A DNA stretch of 25,941 bases from a virus (lineage: Duplodnaviria > Caudoviricetes), in IMG/VR virus record IMGVR_UViG_3300020409_000068, positions 1 through 25,941 of that record; one strand, given 5' to 3'. Positions 16,501 through 24,142 of this stretch are shown piece after piece (within the stretch, counting starts at the first letter, position 1; every line of letters starts with the position of its first letter). The notes beneath the pieces were generated by a model that made no database searches, was not told the origin of the DNA, and saw only the letters and a program-made list of their open reading frames with translations. A program made the translations under genes and the position numbers.

Positions 16501-19500
16501 TAGATTATACAGTCTCTGGAGCAGATTACACACCTTCTGTGGGTGTGATGACAATGAGTATTGGAACTCATGATCTTAGAGTTGGGCAAAGTATCAAGTT
16601 TAGAGATAGTTCATTAGGATTTACTTGTGAGGCTGACCAAAATACTGCGATCAAGTATTATCCAAGATCAAAAGATCCAACTTATAACACTGCTGTTCCA
16701 ATCATAGGTGCGGCTGGAACTACTATTACTGTAAATGCTGGTGTATCAACCATAGTAAAATACAATATTAGATTTGCTGCCTACACTCCAGCGACAGGTA
16801 TTATGACTGTTTCTGTTGATAGGTTGCATAATTTTACGGCTGGTGAGACAATCAAATTTAAAAATGGATCTGTTGCTTTCAAATGTGAGCAAGACGGATT
16901 CCAAAGTAATCACTTCTATCCAAGACCAACTGACCCATATTACGATAAACCAGTAACTCTTGTTAGTGCTGCTGGTACTGAGTTTGTTGTAAATGTAGGT
17001 TCAACAGGTGGAGCAAATACATATCTATTCTTACCTAACCAAGGTGTTGCTGTAGAGGGTGTTATTGCTGGTGGTGACTATCCATATTCATTAGTTGGTG
17101 TTGGAACTGATGCTGTCATAACTGGTGGTGGAGACTATACTCCATACTGGTTCCAAAATGCAACTGCAAATGGAGTAGAAAGACCATCTCAACAAGTTCA
17201 AATTGCAGTGGGTTCATTGAACTTTAAGTGTGCTAAAGATGATTATGCAACTGTTCATGCATATCCTCGCCCTACAGATCCAGCGTACAACACAAATTTA
17301 GGTATTGTATCTGCCACAACTAACACATTTGAAGTCAGAGTTGGTGTTTCTACAATCGAAGAGCGTTCAATATCAACATCCACATATAACCCTGCAACAG
17401 GTGAATTGATAATGAATGTAGGTGCTGGACATTCGTATTATGATAATTCAGCTCATACAATTTCGACGGCAACGTATAATCCTAGTACTGGTGTACTAGA
17501 ACCAACCATTGCAAATCATGGTTTCGTTGCTGGTGAATATGTGAAGTTTGATCTAGAATCTATATCATTCAAATGTGATCAAGATGGATACACTGCAACT
17601 AAAGCATATCCAAGATACTCTGATCCATTCTTGAATGAGTGGTTGCCAATATACAACGTTGGCGTAAACACATTCTCTGTAAATGTTGGTGTATCTACTA
17701 TTGTAAATGCACATTGGTTCCAAAGTGCAACAACAGGTGGTCTTAAGAAAGCAAGAGATACTGTCGGAATCAACACTGCATCAATAATATTCACATGTGC
17801 CAGAGATAACTATGCAACAGAACACGCATATCCTCGTCCTGATGATCCAATAGGTGGCAATGTATCTGTTGGTATTGGTTCTACATCTGCCGATACTATA
17901 ACAATCAATGTCGGTGTATCAACAATAGTTAATTATAACATCTCAACTGCATCATATACCGCAAGTACAGGTATTATGACTGTGTTCTCCAATGTTCACG
18001 GATTCAATGGATCATATCAAAGAAATATAGATTTTGCATATTATGATGCCGTATCTGGTATTCTGACTGTGACATGTGCTAGTCATGGAATGGTTACTGG
18101 TAATAGAGTTCAAATTGCAAGAGATTCACTTAGATTCAGATGTAAGATGGATGGCAGAAAGTCCATCAAGAGTTATCCTAGAAGACACGACCCATCAGAT
18201 CAACAGTGGTTGTCAGTTACAACTGTAGACTTAGATAACTTTACAGTCAATGTGGGAACATCACCTCTAGTCTATCATACTCCCACAAGTGGATCATTCG
18301 ATCCTTTCACTGGGTTGATGACGATTGATATTGGCTCTCACACACTCAAGAAAGGAACTTCCGTCAAATTAAAAACAAATGGATTCAAATTTACCTGTGC
18401 CTTAGATAACCATGCGACATTCCACTATTACCCAAGGAAGTCTGGCATTAATGGCCCAGATCCTGCTTACAACACTGCTGTTAAAATTACTGCTACAACA
18501 GACACTACAATTACTCTGGATGTAGGAACATCATCCAATCAGACTGAACACATATTTGTATCTGCTGTAAACAATTCAGTTATTAGTGGTGGTGCATACG
18601 TTCATACATTTGAAAATGCAGAACTAGGTTCTCTACTAATAGCAAGAGATACAGTTGGTCTTGCAACAAACTCATACACATGGAGATGTTCTCAAGACAA
18701 CTATGCTACAGATCACACATATCCAAGAACAACTGACCCCATACATGATGTAGAAGTTGGTATTGTGACAACCACTCTTGATACATTTACTATCAATGTA
18801 GGTATTACATCTAGAGTTGTTTACAACGTAACTAATGCGACTTATGATGCAAACAGTGGATTGGCTACATTAACCACAGACTCGGCTCACGGATTGTCAA
18901 CTACAACTTCAGTAGGACTGATGACTGGTGGATTGGTTTACTCATGTTCTATGGATCAATATGCAACAGAACATCCTTATCCCAGAACCACAGATCCAGC
19001 ACACAATGCTGCTTTATATCCAACTGCCGTTACATCAAATAATCTTACTCTTAATGTTGGTGTTTCTACTAGAGTAGAATATAATATCAATCATGCCGAT
19101 TATCATGAATCTATTGGTATTATGACAGCTTTCTTACCAGTAGTTCATGGTATTACTACTGCTGCTGGTGTTGGTAGAAATGTCAAGTTAAAAACTGAGT
19201 CAATTTTATTCTCATGTTCTCAAGATAACTACACTACAAAACAATTCTATCCAAAGGGAGGAGATCCTTATTACAATGGTTCACTAATCACCAGAGTCAT
19301 TAATAACACAACCATTGAAACACAAGTAGGCCCATCTACCACACCTAGTTTCTATAACTCTGGTGGTACAATTCAAGGTGTCATACTTGCACCTAGACTT
19401 AATAATAATTCTCCTAGTGGAACTGACTTTGCTGCTGGTGGTACTTTTGTAGACAAGATTATTGATAGTAAAACATATGTTGTTAATGTTGGTATTTCAA

Positions 19501-22500
19501 CTGTAGATCATAACTATGCAAGAGCTGGACTTTCACAACAGGGTAAGAGAATTTCTTCCTCTATTGAGCAAGGATTCTCTGGATTTAATGTCATTGAAAA
19601 ACTAGACAATGCAAGATTCCGTATTGATGCTGGCATCACAACTCAAATTGCTTTGTATAAGAGGGGAGGTGAAATTACTAAACCAGTGTTTATTGATGTT
19701 GCAGAACCAGATCCATACTTCAATAGACCTCTTGAATATACATCAGGCACATCTGGTATCGGAACAAATTCTAAAGTTGATTTCAGAATCAATGTTGATG
19801 GAAACATTTCCGAGTTTAGTGTTCTTGAAGAAGGAACCGCATATAAAGTTGGTGATAGATTAACTGTTTCTGGTATTGCCACAGATCCAAGAGTGGGCAT
19901 AAACACCGAGTTCCAACTCATTGTAGAAGAACTTGAGAATGATACTTTCTCAGGATTCTATCCTGGCCAGTTTATACTCTTTGATGATATTGCTCCGTTC
20001 TTCAATGGAAAACGCAAGAAGTTTACTTTATCTGTAACAACTGCTGGAACAACTGAAATTTTAAGTCTTAAGACTCCAGCTGGTAGTGATATGGATATTA
20101 CAAATAATATCTTTATCTACATCAATGATATTCTACAAACTCCACAATCTTCTTACATATTCAAAGGTAGTAGAGTTATCTTTACTGAAGCTCCAAAAGA
20201 AAATTCTAAGTGTTCTGTATTCTACTTTAGAGGATCTAAGAGAGATGTTGAGACTGTAGAACCAGCACAGTCACTGAAACCTGGCGACGTTGTACAAATT
20301 AAAGAAAATAGATTTGTCAATGATGACATAGATCAGTTCAAGAGAACTGGTAAGAGAATAGTCGCTTCCGATCTTTTGGAAACATTTACATATAATAGTA
20401 TCGGAATCAATACTGATCAAAATGCAGATAGGCCTCTTGCATGGGAAAAACAAAGACATGATCAGATATTATCTGGTGTATTAATTTCTAAAGCAAGACC
20501 TAGTTTGAAGAGTAAAGTTCTTCCTACTACCAGATTAATTAAGAATGTTTCTAAAACTGATGATTCAATATATGTAAGTAATGCTTTCCCAGTATTCAAT
20601 GCTATTGATAAATTACTTCAATCTGAGAGAAATGTTCAGATCTTTGATGACACAGATGTATTACCAGGCATCATTACTTCTGTCGTTTCTACATCATCCA
20701 GTATTTCATCACTATCCATAGGATTTGGTGGCACAGGATATACTAACTTATCAAGTCCAAATGTAGCCATATCAAGTGCATTAATTAAACGCAAAGATCC
20801 AATATCTGCATGGGAGTTCGATCCTATCACAGGTATTACATCTGCTGTAGAATTTAAGGCACTGACAAAAGAGGAACCAATTATTGCTGTTGGTTCAAGT
20901 AGTTTCTACATGAATACTAAGAGTGGATCATTCTGGGAGAGGGGTAGAATTGGATTTGGTGGAACTGTAACATTTAATGGTGTCGGTGTAGGTAACAGTA
21001 ACACATCTACAGTCTACGCAATGGCTGTTGGTGATTATGGTTCTATGGCAAGAGCAGTTTCAATAGGTAACAGTTTGTCTACATGGACTGCAATAGATCT
21101 AAAAGAAGAAAGACAGATTCCAGCTATCAACCAAACCAGTACATTTGATAGTACATATCAGGGCAACTTCCAAGATGTTATTTGGGAAAACACTAGAAAT
21201 ACATGGGTTGCAGTTGGTGCTGGTGGATCTATCTTTACTGCGGTTGGCCTTACAACAGCAGAGGCTTTCAGTCAATTCTCAGGAACACTACAACAACTTA
21301 ATGCAGTATGTTATGGTCAGTCTGAATACATTGCAGTTGGTAATGGTGGTGTAATTCTTGCATCTAATGATGGAACAGGATGGGCAGACAAGACAAGTAA
21401 TACTGTCAATGACTTGAATGATATCATCTATGACGGTAATAAATTTATCGTTGTTGGTGACAGTGGAACTATTGGTATTTCAACTGACAAAAACTTCTGG
21501 CAACCTTGGAGTCAACAGTTACCAGCTGGAACACAACACCCTGCAACATTTGATTTTGCTAAGATTAAGTTTATTGATAATATCTACATTGGAATCAGTA
21601 CAGTTGGTGGATTGTATTATTCATTCGATTTGGCAAACTGGAACGAAAGGCCAATTAGCCATTCAAAAGAGATTCGTGATATTGTAGATACACCATTTGG
21701 TGATTTTGCAAGTCGCAGAGTTATTGCTGTTGGATCTGGAACCACTGTATTCTACGCAGATCCAGTAATCAACAGAGCAACTGCAACTGCATCTGTAACT
21801 GCTGGAGTAATTACATCTGTAACTGTAACTGATGGTGGATTTGGTTATGAGGTTGGTAGTAATCCACCAGTAATCGTTGAAACTGATAAGACTACAAAAG
21901 AAGATGTATTATCAATTGATGCAAAAGGTGACTTTGGTGATATTGTAGGAATAAATACATGGTTGCCAGGCTCTGGTGCTAGACTTCCACAATTGGCGTT
22001 TACATTGAAATCTCAATTCAATGATAACACTAATTTGGGTTATGGTTATTCTTCACTTAACTCTCTTGGAGTTAATTTTACAGGATTATCTAAAGGAGAT
22101 TACTTTACAATCTATGACAGTTCATTAGTTGTTGGACATGCCCTAACAGGTATTACAACTTCAAGTGGTTCTAATGTTGCTGTCGGTATGGTAACTGCTG
22201 GTGATTATCTTGGTGGCGTATTCAGAGTAGAACAAATCACAGCTGGTGATGCGATATCTGGATTAGCAACTGTAACATGTGCTTTCTTACCAGGCCCAAC
22301 ACCTTACGGAAACAACACTATTCAAGTGGGAGTTGCAACTACAGCAACCACTGATACCTTCTGGGGTAAATATAGTTGGGGTAAAATCTATGGATATCAG
22401 AACCGTGCTTCTGGTAATCCACAGGAATTTTTCGTCAATTCAAACAATGGTAATACTGGATTATCTACTGCTCCTGTAGTTTCCAGAAAGAAACCAATGA

Positions 22501-22505
22501 CTTAA
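13518..22505 (+). CDS. Giant virion structural protein, probably the C-terminal half of a split gp7; nested repeat array plus beta-propeller
   Basis: 2995 aa with GAGG at 13503-13506 upstream. It shares repeat types with gp7 (L/FDDI...F.L...I.IN.I.QTP; G.GY repeats) and lies immediately before gp8. It ends in WGKYSWGKI...GLSTAPVVSR, which I recall from cyanophage gp7 C-termini. Confidence 0.8.
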   Translation: MPRTTPGSGALLKPTFDSFYGVSSIEVLSGGTGYAKTDPPKIVIEGTSDPTTEGVFFPVISGIGTISEVIIFKSGLGYYPVFSTSSSSEIAVERGAFGTQKAGHAAGIAYSVFAGDYNIVEDNIFFIDAPYGKSGPVGLETGSSFSGRLFSRKLDPFDEKDKNVILDDISLDFTGVAGTQFTLSENTGVVTALYNSVNTGVDVNNNPFILINNIVQTPGLDFEIVDSDTNKINFLSGVPRAGRIVKVGLQTGSGYYLPTKAAVRVGVGSTGSLEHIQIEGKGQGYRSIPEIYVRSSQGYGASISATLGISTTDSVAISTVTYNHISGIATFNTGAVSHGFEIDDRVRITGAGFTFTPVSAARNINTFGYNYISGIATIGVTGGHYIGVGKNQSRSLLLQGIQVSDGISTYTLREDAYPITEVIDSLNVLVNLGIATQPLSYEGGGTVRAGVDTAIMEGRNVIGFDILGITTNTFETFVGISTFEHQYVGGGVINRAEAGIITNFSIVEGGTGFYRPREISFLDQTPINGITTITAFGNEVGSSINISELDYDSFSGVATIHAAASHGLTTSSVIKLAGVKFNTNVGDITFPSDSQKYYGVTGILSAKNFTVNIGAAMTTTGIHTAQSGIGSFIEFEGHGLETDDFVQTTGIAVTFTSAPAVQVGHVEYDERSGIATVTTRKNHNLTEDDCVVLSGIAFTCDYDPALGVSSALYDNTTGVLTVTTAAPHGYKVGKDVILTGLAFTCAIDGGAKDHYYPRSRSTAYDTSLPITGYAGTALAIDVGISRVKNQYVHRFEEAITGALIYGGDYPHQFLRAEEGALLTGGPYLHEFHSATATSTFAGGDYPHTYVSSDEKTIKVGGDYAHQFVSADTNSVQVVGGSQITPTDGDYSPSTGSLILTVANHGLTGPTQHSITTANYNPLAGILTVTIPNHGFSNGDQVRIADESIGWKCSLDAFTSTKYYPRSTDPISNSWIPISNVSTNTFEVFAGITTRVDYTVSGADYTPSVGVMTMSIGTHDLRVGQSIKFRDSSLGFTCEADQNTAIKYYPRSKDPTYNTAVPIIGAAGTTITVNAGVSTIVKYNIRFAAYTPATGIMTVSVDRLHNFTAGETIKFKNGSVAFKCEQDGFQSNHFYPRPTDPYYDKPVTLVSAAGTEFVVNVGSTGGANTYLFLPNQGVAVEGVIAGGDYPYSLVGVGTDAVITGGGDYTPYWFQNATANGVERPSQQVQIAVGSLNFKCAKDDYATVHAYPRPTDPAYNTNLGIVSATTNTFEVRVGVSTIEERSISTSTYNPATGELIMNVGAGHSYYDNSAHTISTATYNPSTGVLEPTIANHGFVAGEYVKFDLESISFKCDQDGYTATKAYPRYSDPFLNEWLPIYNVGVNTFSVNVGVSTIVNAHWFQSATTGGLKKARDTVGINTASIIFTCARDNYATEHAYPRPDDPIGGNVSVGIGSTSADTITINVGVSTIVNYNISTASYTASTGIMTVFSNVHGFNGSYQRNIDFAYYDAVSGILTVTCASHGMVTGNRVQIARDSLRFRCKMDGRKSIKSYPRRHDPSDQQWLSVTTVDLDNFTVNVGTSPLVYHTPTSGSFDPFTGLMTIDIGSHTLKKGTSVKLKTNGFKFTCALDNHATFHYYPRKSGINGPDPAYNTAVKITATTDTTITLDVGTSSNQTEHIFVSAVNNSVISGGAYVHTFENAELGSLLIARDTVGLATNSYTWRCSQDNYATDHTYPRTTDPIHDVEVGIVTTTLDTFTINVGITSRVVYNVTNATYDANSGLATLTTDSAHGLSTTTSVGLMTGGLVYSCSMDQYATEHPYPRTTDPAHNAALYPTAVTSNNLTLNVGVSTRVEYNINHADYHESIGIMTAFLPVVHGITTAAGVGRNVKLKTESILFSCSQDNYTTKQFYPKGGDPYYNGSLITRVINNTTIETQVGPSTTPSFYNSGGTIQGVILAPRLNNNSPSGTDFAAGGTFVDKIIDSKTYVVNVGISTVDHNYARAGLSQQGKRISSSIEQGFSGFNVIEKLDNARFRIDAGITTQIALYKRGGEITKPVFIDVAEPDPYFNRPLEYTSGTSGIGTNSKVDFRINVDGNISEFSVLEEGTAYKVGDRLTVSGIATDPRVGINTEFQLIVEELENDTFSGFYPGQFILFDDIAPFFNGKRKKFTLSVTTAGTTEILSLKTPAGSDMDITNNIFIYINDILQTPQSSYIFKGSRVIFTEAPKENSKCSVFYFRGSKRDVETVEPAQSLKPGDVVQIKENRFVNDDIDQFKRTGKRIVASDLLETFTYNSIGINTDQNADRPLAWEKQRHDQILSGVLISKARPSLKSKVLPTTRLIKNVSKTDDSIYVSNAFPVFNAIDKLLQSERNVQIFDDTDVLPGIITSVVSTSSSISSLSIGFGGTGYTNLSSPNVAISSALIKRKDPISAWEFDPITGITSAVEFKALTKEEPIIAVGSSSFYMNTKSGSFWERGRIGFGGTVTFNGVGVGNSNTSTVYAMAVGDYGSMARAVSIGNSLSTWTAIDLKEERQIPAINQTSTFDSTYQGNFQDVIWENTRNTWVAVGAGGSIFTAVGLTTAEAFSQFSGTLQQLNAVCYGQSEYIAVGNGGVILASNDGTGWADKTSNTVNDLNDIIYDGNKFIVVGDSGTIGISTDKNFWQPWSQQLPAGTQHPATFDFAKIKFIDNIYIGISTVGGLYYSFDLANWNERPISHSKEIRDIVDTPFGDFASRRVIAVGSGTTVFYADPVINRATATASVTAGVITSVTVTDGGFGYEVGSNPPVIVETDKTTKEDVLSIDAKGDFGDIVGINTWLPGSGARLPQLAFTLKSQFNDNTNLGYGYSSLNSLGVNFTGLSKGDYFTIYDSSLVVGHALTGITTSSGSNVAVGMVTAGDYLGGVFRVEQITAGDAISGLATVTCAFLPGPTPYGNNTIQVGVATTATTDTFWGKYSWGKIYGYQNRASGNPQEFFVNSNNGNTGLSTAPVVSRKKPMT
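14460..19680 (+). repeat. Array of ~17 nested ~90-100 aa beta-domain repeats (Y.P.TG.LT.T...HG...G..V.....F.C..D....H.YPR..DP......I.....TF.VNVG.S...H.F..A)
   Basis: The recurrent motifs YNP.TG, HG, F.C..D, YPR..DP and VNVGVST are read directly from the translation. The copies are diverged at DNA level. Confidence 0.9.
15885..16157 (+). repeat. Five tandem ~18-aa units (Y.H.F..A...A...GG)
   Basis: QYVHRFEEAITGALIYGG / DYPHQFLRAEEGALLTGG / PYLHEFHSATATSTFAGG / DYPHTYVSSDEKTIKVGG / DYAHQFVSADTNSVQVVGG. Confidence 0.9.
20796..21764 (+). other. Seven-bladed BNR/Ycf48-like beta-propeller domain inside the giant protein
   Basis: Blade motifs IIAVG, AMAVG, WVAVG, YIAVG, FIVVG, YIGIS and VIAVG, with Asp-box-like S.DG..W / STD..W / SFD...W turns. 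Confidence 0.8.
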
Positions 22506-22507
22506 CC

Positions 22508-22515
22508 ACTAAATA
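22508..22515 (+). promoter_or_regulatory. Putative late promoter (ACTAAATA) for gp8
   Basis: CTAAATA core in the 35-nt gap, followed by an A-rich leader, 25 nt upstream of ATG 22541. Confidence 0.7.
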
Positions 22516-22540
22516 AAACAAAAAGACTAGTTTTTTTAAA

Positions 22541-24136
22541 ATGCCTGCCATAATATCCGAACAGTTTAGAATTTTAAATGCCGAGACTTTTGTAAAGAGT
22601 TTTGTCGGGGTCGGATCTACTGTTAACAAATACTATGCGTTCATGGGATTACCAAATTCCACAGAACCAAAGGCAGGCGGTACTGCCACATGGCCTACCG
22701 ACACCCCTGCACCTCTAGATGGATTTGAAGAAGAGTATTCTATCAAAGAATCTATCATTGCGATGAAGAAAGTGACTGACAAAGATGTTCGCAGACTTGT
22801 TAGGAAGGTAAAATGGGTTGCTGGTACTACCTATGAAATGTACCGACATGACTATAATATCTACAATTTAACACCAATAACTTCACAAGGTAGTTTGTAT
22901 GAAGCAAATTACTACATAGTGAATGAGGACTTGAAAGTTTACATTTGTCTCCAAAATGGATCAGACCCTGAGAACCCCAAGGGTAGGCCTTCATATGACC
23001 AACCCACATTTGTTGACCTTGAGCCAAGAGCAGCTGGCACTAGTGGCGATGGTTACGTTTGGAAATACCTTTATACGATTAAACCATCAGAAATCGTTAA
23101 ATTTGACTCTATTGAATACATACCTGTGCCCGAAAACTGGGGAAAGGAAGGCGAGACTATTGCAACAAAGGCTAACGCTATAGATGGAAAGATCGAAGTT
23201 GTGGTTGTTGATAATCGAGGCTCTAACTATCAACCAATCTCTACATCTTTTGCCAATGTTCCAATTCTCGGAGATGGATCAGGAGGAAAGGCAACAATTA
23301 CGGTTGATTCTTTCGGAAAGGTATCTGAAGTATTTGTTACTGACGGAGGAGAAGGATATACCCACGGATCAATACAGTTCTTCCCAGGCGCTCCTGGCTC
23401 TGAGTCTGGCGGTGTTCTTGCTAACCTTACCAATACTGGAATAGGAACTACATCTGTTGCAAACTTTAATGTTATAATTCCACCAAAAGGTGGCCACGGA
23501 TATGACATCTATAGAGAATTAGGTGCATATAGAGCATTATTATATTCTAGATTTGAAACATTAGAAACTAATCCCGATATCATTGAAGGTAATGACTTTG
23601 CTAGGGTTGGACTTATAAAAAATCCTACTGTGTTTGGTAGTAGTACAGAATTGCTAGACACTGCCATGGTGAGTGGACTTAAAGCAATCAAACTTGCTGG
23701 AGTTACAACAGCGACTACTTATGCAGTTGATTCAGAAATAACACAGACTGTTGGACTTGGATCTACCGCAATTGGATACGTTGCATCTTGGGATAAAGTT
23801 ACAGGAGTATTGAAGTATTATCAACCAATGGGTCTTGCTTCTAGTGAAACTGGATACAAGATAATTCCATTCACATCTAATCCTGATGCTGGATATGGAT
23901 TAACAATCACTGGATCATCAGTAGTTGGCTCTATATTATCAATTGATACCAATTACAACGGTGTTAGTACCTCAATAAATAATAGGACTTATCAATTAGG
24001 TATGAGTTTTAGTGCTGGTATATCATCAGCAGAATTTAATACCAAATCGGGTGAAATAATTTATATTGATAATCGGACTGCTATTCCTAGATCTGCAAGT
24101 CAGAAGGAAGACATCAAAATAGTACTGGAGTTCTAA
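22541..24136 (+). CDS. gp8: Baseplate wedge subunit, T4 gp8-like
   Basis: 531 aa with MPAII.EQFRILNA..F, W..GTTYEMYRHDY, VYICLQNG, DGYVWKYLYTI, IIPPKGGHG.DIY.ELGA and C-terminal GEIIYIDNR..I.RS.SQKEDIKIVLEF. Confidence 0.93.
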   Translation: MPAIISEQFRILNAETFVKSFVGVGSTVNKYYAFMGLPNSTEPKAGGTATWPTDTPAPLDGFEEEYSIKESIIAMKKVTDKDVRRLVRKVKWVAGTTYEMYRHDYNIYNLTPITSQGSLYEANYYIVNEDLKVYICLQNGSDPENPKGRPSYDQPTFVDLEPRAAGTSGDGYVWKYLYTIKPSEIVKFDSIEYIPVPENWGKEGETIATKANAIDGKIEVVVVDNRGSNYQPISTSFANVPILGDGSGGKATITVDSFGKVSEVFVTDGGEGYTHGSIQFFPGAPGSESGGVLANLTNTGIGTTSVANFNVIIPPKGGHGYDIYRELGAYRALLYSRFETLETNPDIIEGNDFARVGLIKNPTVFGSSTELLDTAMVSGLKAIKLAGVTTATTYAVDSEITQTVGLGSTAIGYVASWDKVTGVLKYYQPMGLASSETGYKIIPFTSNPDAGYGLTITGSSVVGSILSIDTNYNGVSTSINNRTYQLGMSFSAGISSAEFNTKSGEIIYIDNRTAIPRSASQKEDIKIVLEF

Positions 24137-24142
24137 AAGAAA

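Noticed and set aside
14460-19680. CRISPR array or diversity-generating retroelement template/variable repeats
   Set aside because: The repeats are protein-level and in-frame with diverged synonymous sites. I saw no identical DNA repeats with spacers, no adenine-specific mismatch pair and no reverse transcriptase.
3451-22505. Near-identical lengths of the two giants (2999 and 2995 aa)
   Set aside because: They are not end-to-end paralogues, and both lengths depend on variable repeat content. The match is most likely coincidence.
59-23691. The many 60-95 aa minus-strand and alternate-frame ORFs in the track
   Set aside because: They lie within or across well-supported plus-strand genes and show no recognisable motifs. 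They are expected shadows of biased codon usage. The 947-1231 minus ORF also crosses the terminator, promoter and gp25 start.
23974-23981. AATAAATA inside the 3' end of gp8 (also ATAAATA near 21951) as internal late promoters
   Set aside because: Both lie within coding sequence (Ile-Asn codons) in AT-rich DNA where such matches arise by chance. There is no independent support.
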